Below are positions 1 through 11,139 of a DNA stretch of 64,000 bases, one piece after another; position 1 is the stretch's first letter, and each line of letters starts with the position of its first letter. The notes under the pieces are model-generated. The model had not been told where the DNA came from, searched no databases, and was given only the letters and a program-made list of their open reading frames with translations. Source of the DNA: Octopus vulgaris (Eukaryota); NCBI GenBank assembly GCA_951406725.2, contig OX597815.1, forward strand, positions 39,618,001 to 39,682,000, given 5' to 3'. The position numbers and the translations under genes are program-made.

Positions 1-753
1 GCATACACTGTCTATCCAGGACTTAATAATTATTTCTAGGACCTCAACGTAAGCAGCAGAGTTGCTTCATTGCTGACAACCCCTAAAATCATGACAGTTG
101 CAGGAAATTTTGTATGCATAACACTTGGAACTTCAGAAGGGTCTGCACATAACCATCTGTCATTTCTTCTGTTAATATTTTGATCTTGGTCAAAGTTTTC
201 CCGTTTGAGAAAAACCAAATCAAATCTTTTTCTGCTGGAATTTTCAGTTTGTTTAAAAGCCTTTTAAATTTGATGTAGGGATTTTCTTTTGCTTTTTCTG
301 ACAAATTGACCTTTCTTCATCATATAAGACTTATAGCTGATGTCTTCAAGGACAATGTTTCTGACTGTTCCTTCTGACACATGGAGATCTTTTGCAATGG
401 ACCTCATGGACTTTCTAGGATTGTAATCAATGATCTGTTGAACTTGTTGGATAACTTCAGGTGTTCTGAGAGCGTTTAGAATGCTTTTTATGCTTTGATA
501 ATGGTGATTTGTTTCCATCTTCAGTCTATAGCTCCTTATAAACTTTTTAGGCAAAAGATCTGGCAACTTTTAAAAATCGAATACATCTAAATCGCTATGC
601 TCAGCTTTTATAACCACTGTAACAGCATGCGTCTTCATTTCTTGAGTAAGCTGAGGGTCCACCATTATTATTTTCTGAAACAAATATTATAGAGTCGGCA
701 AAAAGCAGCAATGACCCCAAAAAGTTATGTCTTCAAATATCTTACACACCCTG
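1..753 (-). mobile_element. Tc1/mariner (maT/DD37D-like) transposon, decayed 5' part
   Basis: Frameshifted transposase pieces: HTH-like 'PRKSMRSIAKDLHVSEGTVRNIV', 'WFFS', 'VMHTKFPATVMILGVVSNE'. Element end CAGGGTG (plus caccctg to 753) followed by TA, as expected for maT TIR and TA target. Confidence 0.8.
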
Positions 754-774
754 TATACACACAAACACAAACAC

Positions 775-778
775 ACAC

Positions 779-860
<82 letters not shown>

Positions 861-899
861 GTACACATATATGCATATGTACATATAATAATATAAATA

Positions 900-935
<36 letters not shown>
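775..935. repeat. (TA)n microsatellite
   Basis: Seen directly. Confidence 0.95.
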
Positions 936-936
<1 letters not shown>

Positions 937-937
<1 letters not shown>

Positions 938-1358
938 CATCGTTTAATGTCCGCTTTCCATGCTGGCATGGGTTGTACAGTTTGACTGAGGACTGGCAAG
1001 CCGGATGGATGCACCAAGTTCCAATCTGATCTGGCAGAGTTAATACAGCTGGATGCCTTTCCTTACGCCAACCAATCTGAGAGTATAGTGGGTGCTTTTA
1101 CGTGCCACCAGTATGAGGGCCAGTCAGGCGGTACTGGCAACAGCTATGCTCAAAAGGTGTTTTTTAAGTGCCACCTGCACATGAGCCAGTACAACAGCAC
1201 TGGCAATGACCTTGCTCAAATGTTGTTTTTCACGTGCCACCAGTACAAGTGCCAGTAAGGCAACGCTGGTAACGATCACGCTCAAATGGTGCTTTTTATT
1301 TGCCACTGGCACGGTAGCCAGTGAGCAGCCCTGGCAACAATCATGCTCGGATGGTGCT
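937..1358 (-). mobile_element. RTE-clade LINE 3' UTR end, (GAT)n-tailed family
   Basis: Same sequence as the 3' UTR attached to the RTE ORF end at 7343-8545. Confidence 0.8.
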
Positions 1359-1384
1359 GTGTGTATGTATATATATATATATAT

Positions 1385-1973
1385 GGGAACAGGATGTTAC
1401 CAATTATAAACAACATGAAATACGAAAACAAGCAAGTTAAATATGCAAACAACAAGAGAAAAATAATGAAAACAGGACAAGTAACACAAAGAACAATATT
1501 TCATCAATTGTTGGCTGTCTATCTACTCCTCACTTCGAGCATTTAACCAACTGTCTTTTCCTAAACAACTTTCTAAGGACTGGACATCTTCTACCTCTCT
1601 CTTCTATCTTCTCCCTTTTCAAAGAAAATATTTCTTCCAGCATTCAATATTTACCCTCGTTCTGGTCTAACAACCTTCCATGTTTGCTTTTGTTTGGTTT
1701 CCTTGTATGTCTCCACTGTCCTGTTTTTGTTCCCAACTTTGACCCTACATAAAATCCAAAATTTATTTTGGAAGTTTTAGGATCAACTGCCTTCGAAGAC
1801 TCATATTGTCGTTGAATGATCGAAATGATGAGTAGATAGACAGCCGACAACTGGTGAAGGGTCGTTCTTTCTGTTACTTGTCCTGTTTTCAATTTTTTTC
1901 TCTCATTGTTTGCATATTTAACTTGCTTGTTTTTGTACTTTATGTTGTTTACACTTGGTGATATCCTGTACCC
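1385..1973. repeat. Inverted pair of a hammerhead-bearing repeat (arms ~1385-1545 and ~1812-1973)
   Basis: Arms are diverged reverse complements; right part is homologous to 6690-7030 (minus). Confidence 0.75.
1801..1862 (+). ncRNA. Permuted hammerhead-ribozyme-like motif, core mutated (CUGGUGA)
   Basis: UCAU-A / UUGUCG ... C-GAAA-UGA ... CGACAA-CUGGUGA-AGGGU. Stem I UUGUCG:CGACAA; stem III AUGA:UCAU. Confidence 0.55.
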
Positions 1974-1979
1974 ATCTGT

Positions 1980-2297
1980 GATACCAGTGCCGGGGGCACG
2001 TAAAAAGCACCATCCAACCGTGGCCATTGCCAGCCTCACCTGGCCTCCATGCCGGTGGCACGAAAAAAGCACCATCCGATCGTGGCCGTTTGCCAGCCTT
2101 GTCTGGCGCCTGTGTCGGTGGCACGTAAAAAGCACCCACTACACTCACAGAGTGGTTGGCGTTAGGAAGGGCATCCAGCTGTAGAAACATTGCCAGATCA
2201 GACTGAGCCTGGTGCAGCCTTCTGGCTTCCCAGACCCCAGTTGAACCGTCCAACCCATGCTAGCATGGAAAGCGGATGCTAAACGATGATGATGATG
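1980..2297 (+). mobile_element. RTE-clade LINE 3' UTR end
   Basis: ggaagggcatccagctgtagaaac ... catgctagcatggaaagcgg followed by (gat)n tail. Confidence 0.8.
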
Positions 2298-2319
2298 ATA
2301 TATATATATATATTTACTT

Positions 2320-2523
2320 TTTTATTGCCACAGGGGGCTAAATATAGAGGGGACAAACAATTACATCGACCCCAGTACGTAACTGGTACTTATTTAATTG
2401 ACCCCGAAAGGATGAAAGGCAAAGTCGACCTCGGCGGAATTTGAACTCAGAACATAATGGCAGACGAAATTCCGCTGAGCATTTCGCCCGGCATGCTAAC
2501 GTTTCTGCCAGCTTGCTGCCCTT
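2320..2523 (-). mobile_element. tRNA-headed SINE with Tx1-type tail (internally deleted)
   Basis: Head ggcagcaagctggcagaaacgttagc, B-box-like gagttcaaatt, tail tgtcccctct...gtggcaataaa. Confidence 0.8.
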
Positions 2524-2623
2524 AATATATATAAATAATATATATATGCATGCATACATACACATTATTTATATTATTGTTTAATCAATGTCACGCATCC
2601 ATTTCCAAGTAAGTATATATACA

Positions 2624-3007
2624 TAGGAGTGGCTATGTGGTAAGTAGCTTGCTTACCAACCACATGGTTCCGTGTTCAGTCCCAATCCATAGCACGTTGG
2701 TCTTCTACTATAGCCTCAGGCCGACCAAAGTCTTGTGGGTGGATTTGGTAGATGGGAACTGAAAGAACCCCATCGTATGTGCGTGTGTGTGTGTATTTGT
2801 GTGTCTGTGTTTGCCCCCCCACACACACACACTATCGCTTGACAACCGATGTTGGTGTGCTTACATCCCCATAACATAGCAGTTTGGCAACAGAGACCAA
2901 AAGAATAAGCACAAAGCTTACAAAGAAAAAGTCCTGGGGTCAATTTGTTTAACTAAGGGTGGCGCAGCAGCATGGCTACAGTCAAGATGACTGAAACAAA
3001 TAAAAGA
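2624..3007 (+). mobile_element. tRNA-headed SINE with CR1-type tail
   Basis: A/B-box-like head taggagtggctatgtggtaag...gttcagtccc; tail ggcgcagcagcatggctacag matches the CR1 3' end at 10065-10100. Confidence 0.8.
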
Positions 3008-3179
3008 ATTATATATATATATATATATAGTCACAATGAGGATATTCCAACCTCTTATAGGGATATTTATCCAAGATATATTGGTTTAATATGTTAAATT
3101 TTGAAGAGATAATTCTTCTATTATATAGAATATCATAAGATATTAACCATTTTTATGGAAAACCATTTTAGAAACCAGT

Positions 3180-4437
3180 AATGGATACAAGTTAATTTAT
3201 TAATTAATCAACATATTCACCAACAATTGTTTCATTTCACAAATAAGATTAAAATTCATCATCATCATCGTTTAACATCCATTTTCCATGCTAGCATGGG
3301 TTGGATGGTTCGACCAGGGTCTGGGAAGCCAGGAGGCTGCACCAGGATCCAGTCTGATCTGGCAGTGTTTCTACAGCTGGATGCCCTTTTTAATGCCAAC
3401 CACTCCATGAGTGTAGTGGGAGCTTTTTACATGCCACCGGCACAGTTGCCAGGGGAGGCTGGCAGTGGCTACGATCGGTTGGTGCTTTTTACATGCCACT
3501 GGCACGGAAGCCAGTCAAGGTGGTGCTGGCATCGGCCACGTTCAGATGGTGCTTTTTACGTGACACTGGCACAGGTATCACAACTGCAATTTCCATTTGA
3601 TTTTTACTTTGATGTTGATGTACTTGACTCAGTAGGTCTCCTCAAGCACAGCAGGTCCCCCTATGATCCAAGGTAAGCACAGCAGACTGCTCTGCGATCC
3701 AAGGTAATTTGGATGGGCTGGGGCTTCTATGTGAAACTGGTGCAGGAAACAGACATGGACTCGCGTTATTTGTCAGGTCTTCACAGTCACAGCATATCTC
3801 CAGAGATCTCGGTCTTTTGTCATTCATCATTTTTGTAATTTTAATCTCTTGAAATAAGATTAAAATTACAAAACATATAAATATATAATTTTGCATTTTA
3901 AATACCTTGTAAGGAAAATCATTAGGGTGTCCGGACGACAATAAGGATTATATTAGGATACTTTCGGAATATACAGGATATATGAACATGTTTATTATGT
4001 TTGTATGTGTGTGTGTGCATGAGTTAAAATTATTCCTTTTCAATTCAATAATGATAATAGTAACAATCATGAATGATGGGTTATATTATATATGGGTAAA
4101 GTAATATAATGAATATATATTACATTACTTTACCCATATATAATATAACCCATCATTCATGATTTTTACTATTATTATTATTGAATTGAAAAGGGATAAT
4201 TTTAACACATGCGTGCACACATGTATACATACACACATAATAAACATGTTTATATATTCTGTATATTTCCAAAGTATCCTAATGTAATCCTTATTGTCCT
4301 CAGGACACCCTGATGATTTTCCTTACAAGGTATTTAAAATGCAAAATTATATATTTATGTTTTGCAGTTTTAATCTTATTTGTGAAATGAAACAATTGTT
4401 GGTGAACATGTTGATTATTAGATTAATTTGTATCTAT
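3180..4437. repeat. Long imperfect palindrome centred at ~4113; left arm interrupted by an RTE insertion
   Basis: 4118-4437 is the reverse complement of 3180-3256 plus 3868-4110. Confidence 0.85.
3257..3851 (-). mobile_element. RTE 3' end insertion with 16-bp TSD
   Basis: TSD aaataagattaaaatt at 3241-3256 and 3852-3867; (GAT)n tail. Confidence 0.85.
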
Positions 4438-4481
4438 TAGATTTCTCTGTCTTCTAACTCTCTCTCTCTCTTTATATATAA

Positions 4482-4529
<48 letters not shown>

Positions 4530-5024
4530 TTAAATTGAGGGAATGGAGTAGGTAATATCCAAACAACATATGTTTCCTAGCTAGCAGAACCTCAGAAGTA
4601 ATAATTACTCAACAAGTAGCCATCATTAAATGAAGGTTACATTGTCAGCCTGGGTTTTATATCTACTCCATTCCCTCTAATTCAACTTCTATTTGCATTC
4701 ATAGCAACCCTAGATACTAACAACAAACTAAATAAATAAGTTTTTACAGCTTATCAAACTTCAATATGGGAAAAACCTATGACCTTCTATGCCTCAAAGT
4801 TGTTTTTTATACCTACCACAGCCTGCTCAAAGCTTACTAACTTCCTACAATTGGAACCTTGAATCTTAAAATTATATATTTATGATTAGAGGTTGTGTTA
4901 ACCTCATGAAGGGATGGTTTCATTCAAGGAAATACTGGTTCAATATTTAGTATTTTGGGGGAATTAATTTCCTTAAAACAATAGGTGTATATATAAGAAC
5001 ATATAGTTTATATTCATATAAAAG

Positions 5025-6285
5025 TAGAAAAAGAAAATGGAGATTGGGAGGTTGATAATTGCTTAATATTAATAGGAAATTAATCATCATCCCTGTTTCA
5101 ATTAATACTCAGTAAATATTAAGTAACTATTAAATTTATAAGACCTGAGCATATCTTCAGCGGGGAAAAAAATATATCCTTGGATGTTTTATATGTGTGT
5201 TTATGGATTCATTATATCAGACTGAATGATACTGCTTATGATTTGTATTGTTATATGTTTGGTTGAGGGGTTTGCAGGTTGAGTGGAGATAAGATGGAGT
5301 AGGTAAATAGAATTAAAATAAATGAATAAATTAAATAGATATGACATAGGAAATTTAAATATAAATAAGGTAAGTTTATACTTAATAAAGAATGGAATAT
5401 TTGTATATGAGGTATAAATAAAGTTAAGAAAATTTGTATATATGCAAGTACATAGGTATACGTACATACACATACATATATGTATCCATACATTCATATA
5501 TATATATATATATACAGAGACACACATATGTACATACATCGACATGTACACACATATCCGCGCAATATACGTATATAAGCATATATACACATACATGTAT
5601 GTATATATATATATATATATATATGTTTACACTTTTTAGCCAGCACCCCTAAGAAGTTAATATAGATCCATGTAGGTCAATTAATTCCGATTTGTTAATG
5701 AAATTTTGAATTATTTCCTTGAAACGCTATAGAGTAAACAAAATAATTTAAAATTTCATTAACCAATCAGAATTAATTGACTAACATGGACCTATATTAA
5801 TTTCTTCTTAGGGGTGATGGATAAAAAGTGTAAACACATACATATATAAATACATGTGTGTATGAGTGTGCATACGTATTAATGTGTTTGCGCATGTACA
5901 TGTAAGTGTATATATGCATATACGTATATGCCCAGATATGTGTGTACATGTAGATGTATATATATGTGTGTCTCTGTTTATATATATGAACGTACAGATA
6001 CATATATGTATGTGCATATGTATGCGTGTGTACTTGCATATATGCCCTCAACCAAACATATAACAATACAAATCATAAACCGTATCTATCATTCAGTCCG
6101 ATATGATGAATCCATAAACACATGTAAAACATCCAAGGTTATATTTTTTCCCCGCTGAAGATATGCTCAGGTCTTATAAATTTAACAGTTACTTAATATT
6201 TACTGAGTATTAATTGAAACAGGGATGATGATTAATTTGCTGTTAATATTAAGCAATTATCAGCCTTCCAATCTCCATTTTCTTT
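5025..6285. repeat. Long imperfect palindrome centred at ~5730
   Basis: 5741-6285 is the reverse complement of 5025-5717, apart from ~170 bp (5270-5440) missing from the right arm; a further partial direct copy lies at 6285-6435. Confidence 0.85.
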
Positions 6286-6535
6286 TTCCCTCTGAAGATA
6301 TTATACTCAGGTCATATGATTTTAATAGCTACTTAATATTTACTGAGTACTAATTAAAAAAGTTGTAAGGGATGATGGTAAATTTGCTCTTAATAATAAA
6401 CAATTATTAACTTCCCAATCTTCATTTGCTTTTTCTTCTTAAGTAAGATTGTTCTTGATATATATATATATATATAAGTAAGATATATATATATAAGTAA
6501 GATATATATATATATATATATATCAAGAACAATCT

Positions 6536-6571
<36 letters not shown>

Positions 6572-6689
6572 AGAAAATCTTCTAGAAAGGATGCGTGCAT
6601 TCCGTCATATAATATATTAATAAATAAAACATATGCATATATATATACATATATGTACGTACCTACCTCTACATGTATATATACATGCA

Positions 6690-7030
6690 TATATGAGTAC
6701 AGGACACCAAAAAAACGTCGAACACAATGAGAAACGAAAACATAGACACAAACCCAAGGAACTGGACATTTTTCTTAAAAAACAACAAAAATAGAGTACA
6801 GGACAAATAACACAAGGAAAAAAAACCCTTCTTCAGTCGCCATGGTTTCATCTACTCTACGTTTCGAAGGTGAAGGCGAGACGTATCTTCGATAGAAACT
6901 TTCCTTCCTGCGAAAAGCAAATCAAATAAAATTTGAGATCTTTTTGCAGAGGGGTAAAAATGGTAACAAAAACAGGACAGTAACGACAGTACAAAATATA
7001 AGCATTAAAAGACAGGACAAGGAAAATAAC
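6690..7030 (-). mobile_element. Hammerhead-bearing short repeat (retrozyme- or Penelope-pLTR-like)
   Basis: Collinear similarity to 1700-1973 on both sides of the ribozyme motif; ends next to (TA)-rich tracts. Confidence 0.55.
6825..6885 (-). ncRNA. Non-circularly permuted hammerhead ribozyme candidate with intact core
   Basis: Minus strand: UACGU-C|UCGCC-uuca-CCUUC-GAAACGUA-gaguagaugaaaccau-GGCGA-CUGAAGA-AGGGU. GUC triplet, CUGANGA and GAAA present; stems I and III 5 bp each; stem II weak. Confidence 0.65.
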
Positions 7031-7342
7031 GAGACAAGAAGGGCTGTTAAGCCGAACGAAAAAAAGTATTACGAACGATACAATGGGCTTCTTTCAGTTT
7101 CCGTCTACCAAATTGACTCACAAGGCTTTGGTTGGCCTGAGGTACAGTCATAATATTTGAAGATTTTCTTAGAAGTTATATAAAGTTTTTTTTTTTTCAA
7201 ATAGAATGACGCGAACCTTTGAGAATAAAGCTTTCACACAGTAAACACTTTCATTGTTCAGTTTTTGAAACACATATGCTGTGAGGTAATGCAAATGTAG
7301 GAAGTTGTTTTTTATATATATATATATATATATAAATATATA

Positions 7343-8543
7343 TCATCATCATCATCATCATCGTTTAACGTCCGTTCTCCATGCTAGCATGGGTTGGACG
7401 GTTCGACCGGGGATCTGGAAAGCCAGAAGGCTGCACCAGGCTCCAGTCTTATCTGGCAGTGTTTCTACAGCTGGATGCCCTTCCTAACGCCAACCACTCC
7501 GTGAGTGTAGTGGGTGCTTTTCACGTGCCACCTGCACAGGTGCCAGGCGAGGCTGGCAACGGCCACGGTCGGATTGGTGTATTTTATGTGCCACCTGCAC
7601 GGAAGCCAAACGAGGGGGTGCTGGCATCGGCCACGAGTCGGATAGTGCTTTTACGTACCACCAGACCAGGGATCCTGGCTGGTTCAATTCGATTTCGTTT
7701 TCTTGCCCCAACATGTCTTCGCAAGCAATGGGGTTGGCATGGGTGCCTGTCGTACGGTCAGATTGGTGTATTTTACGTGCCACCGGCACGGAAGCCAGTG
7801 GAGGCGGCGCTGGCATCGGCCACGAGTCGGATAGTGCTTTTTACGTACCACCAGACCAGGGATCCTGGCTGGTTCAATTCGATTTCGTTTTCGCTTGCCC
7901 CAACATGTCTTCGCAAGCAAGGGGGTTGGCATGGGTGCCTGTCGTACGGTCAGATTGGTGTATTTTTCACGTGCCACCGGCACGGTCAAGCCAGTGGAGG
8001 CGGCGCTGGCATCGGCCACGAGTCGGATAGTGCTTTTTACGTACCACCAGACCAGGGATCCTGGCTGGTTCAATTCGATTTCGATTTCGCTTGCCCCAAC
8101 ATGTCTTCGCAAGCAAAGGGGGTTGGCATGGGTGCCATTCGTCGGATGAGGTTCTATATCGACTTCGCTTGCCTCAACAGGTCTTTGTGTCCAAGGGAGG
8201 AAAGGCATTCATAAGTGGGCTGGGCTCACTTGTCCTGCCTGGTCTTCTCACGTACAGAATATTTCCAAAGGTCTCGATCGCTGGTCATTTCCTCAGTGAG
8301 GCCTAAAGTTCGAAGGTCGTGCTTCACCACCTCGTCCCAGGTTTTCCTGGGTCTACCTCTTCCACGGGTTCCCTCAACTGCTAAGGATTGGCACTTTCTC
8401 ACACACCTATCTTCATCCATTCTCGCCACATGACCATACCAGCGCAATCGTCTCTCTTGCACACCACAACTGATGCCTCTTAGGTACAACATTTCTCTCA
8501 AGGTGCTAACGCTCTGTCGAGTATGTACACTGACATTACACAT

Positions 8544-8545
<2 letters not shown>
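7343..8545 (-). mobile_element. RTE-clade LINE, 5'-truncated: ORF C-terminus plus long 3' UTR
   Basis: 8226-8543 encodes [15 protein letters not shown]...RGRGRPRKTWDEVVKHDL, a typical RTE C-terminus; (GAT)n tail at 7343-7362. Confidence 0.9.
7567..8137. repeat. Three tandem ~190-bp units within the RTE 3' UTR
   Basis: Units start at about 7567, 7756 and 7948 (ggtcrgattggtgtatttt). Confidence 0.9.
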
Positions 8546-8547
<2 letters not shown>

Positions 8548-8596
<49 letters not shown>

Positions 8597-8641
8597 TGTA
8601 TATATGTGTGTATGTGGTATGTGTGTCTATGTATATATATG

Positions 8642-8673
<32 letters not shown>

Positions 8674-9146
8674 AATGTGTATATATATGTGGATGCATAT
8701 ATATATGTAGATATGTGTGTATATATATATATATGTATATGTATATGTGTATGTATATATATATATGTATGTATAAATGTGTATATATATGTGGATGCAT
8801 ATATATGTATGTATAAATGTGTATATATATGTGGATGCATATATATGTAGATATATATGTGTATGTATATATATATATATGTATGTATAAATGTGTATAT
8901 ATATGTGGATGCATATATATGTAGATATATGTGTGTATATATATATATGTGTATGTATATATATACATGTGTATGTATATATATACATGTGTATGTATAT
9001 ATATACATGTGTATGTATATATATACATGTGTATGTATATATATATGTGTATGTATATATATATATATATGTGTATGTATATATATATATATATGTGTAT
9101 ATATGTATATATATGTATATGTATGTATATATATGTATATGTATGT

Positions 9147-9178
<32 letters not shown>

Positions 9179-9465
9179 GTATATGTATATATATGTATAC
9201 ATATGTATATGTATATATATGTATACATATGTATATGTATATATATGTATATGTGTATATATATATGTATATATATATGTATATATATATGTATATGTGT
9301 GTGTGTATATATATATATGTGTGTGTGTATATATATGTGTGTGTGTGTGTGTGTATATATATATGTGTGTATATATATATATATATGTGTGTGTGTATAT
9401 ATATATATATATGTGTGTATATATATATATGTGTGTATATATATATATATGTGTGTGTGTATATA

Positions 9466-9498
<33 letters not shown>

Positions 9499-9517
9499 GT
9501 GTGTGTATATATATATA

Positions 9518-9550
<33 letters not shown>
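8548..9550. repeat. ~1-kb compound (TA)n/(TG)n microsatellite
   Basis: Seen directly. Confidence 0.95.
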
Positions 9551-9551
<1 letters not shown>

Positions 9552-9680
9552 GCATTGGTTCTAGCATTGGTGTAGCTTACAATGCCAAAATTTGATACAA
9601 TTCCTTCCAGGATCTTCCTGATATATATTACTGCATACCTATATATATATATAGGTATGCAGTAATATATATATATATAT

Positions 9681-10110
9681 AGGTATGCAGTAATATATAT
9701 CAGGAAGATTCTGGAAGGAATTGTATCAAATTTTGGCATTGTAAGCTACACCAATGCTAGAACGGGACAACACTGCATAGTGCCAAAGATCCCAGCAATG
9801 CCATCACGCTTTAGGACCAGCTACTGCAACAGCCTGGGTTTCAAGGGCCCACAGCTTTTTAATATTCTCCCAAAGAGTCTGAGGAACTTGCACAAAGTAG
9901 ATGTAGCGGTTTTTAAATCAAAGCTGGACCTCTTCCTGTCGAGAGTCCCAGATGAACCTACTTCACGGCAAGAGGTGCAAATGAGGGTAGCTATATCAAA
10001 CTCCATTCTTCACCAAGTGCCACATATTAGAGGAGGCTCTTAGTAATAACGGTGTAGCACAAAACGGCGGTGCATCAGCATGGCTGCAGCTCTAAGCTGT
10101 AACAAACCCC
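9681..10110 (+). mobile_element. CR1/L2-group LINE 3' end
   Basis: [20 protein letters not shown]...KGPQLFNILPKSLRNL...FKSKLDLFLSRVPDEP, then a short 3' UTR. Confidence 0.8.
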
Positions 10111-10191
10111 ACCAAAAAAATATATGTATGTATAAGTATATATGTATATATATATATGTATACGTATGTATATGTATATATGTATGTATTC

Positions 10192-10700
10192 TCATCGTTA
10201 TCATCTTCGTTTAACGTCCGTTTTCCATGCTGGCATGGATTGGACAGTTCGACTGGGGTCTGGGAAGCCAGGAGGCTGCACCAGGCTCCAGTCTGATCTA
10301 GCAGTGTTTCTACAACTAGATGCCCTTCCTAACACCAACCACTCTGTGAGTGTAACAGGTGCTTTTTTACGTGCCACCGGCACAAGGGCCAGATGGGGCT
10401 GGCATCGACCACGATCGGATGGTACTTTTTACGTGCCACCGGCTTGGAAGCCAATCAAGGCGGCGCTGGCATCAGTCACATTTGGTTGGTGCCTTTTACG
10501 TGCCACCGGCACGGGGATCACAACTACAATTTCCATTTGAACGTGATTTCATTTGATTTTGATGTACTTGATTCAATATGTCTCCTCAAGCATGGCATGT
10601 CGCCCTACGATCCAAGAAACTTTTGAGTGGGCTGGTTATGCGACACCAGTGTAGATCACAGCTGTGAACTCCCTTTATTTGCCAGGTCTTCTCAGTCACA
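10192..10700 (-). mobile_element. RTE 3' UTR end
   Basis: Same family as 3257-3851. Confidence 0.8.
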
Positions 10701-11139
10701 GTATGTATGTACATATATATACATTCATATTATTTTCAAATCATCAATGATGTTTCTGGGGTCTCAAGGACTTTGGATCTTTCATGCATCTATATATTAT
10801 ATAGTATGAATGAATGTATGTTTGTGTGCATGTATATACATGTGTGTACCATCAACGTTATAATCATTTTTACATCTGCTTTTACAGGTTTGCTTGAGTT
10901 GGACTGCTTCTTTCCAATACTGTAGTTTGCAATTTGTTGGGCTCTTTTATTAGGCTCAACAACCTAAACTTTCAACGCTTCTACCCTTTTGTTCTTTGGT
11001 TTTCTCCTTTTATAGTTTTCTTCCATTTGGATCTCTAGGTACTTGCTTATTCATCTGTTATCTGCCATACATATTGCATACTCATACCAATGCAATCTTA
11101 TCTCTTACATACCACAACTCTATTCCTCTTATATCCAGT

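Noticed and set aside
7381-8214. 277-aa ORF and CRISPR-like periodicity
   Set aside because: Antisense to an RTE 3' UTR made of ~190-bp tandem units; no unique spacers or cas genes.
8473-9739. Long ORFs of 125-370 aa
   Set aside because: Translations of (TA)n/(TG)n microsatellite that lack stops by composition.
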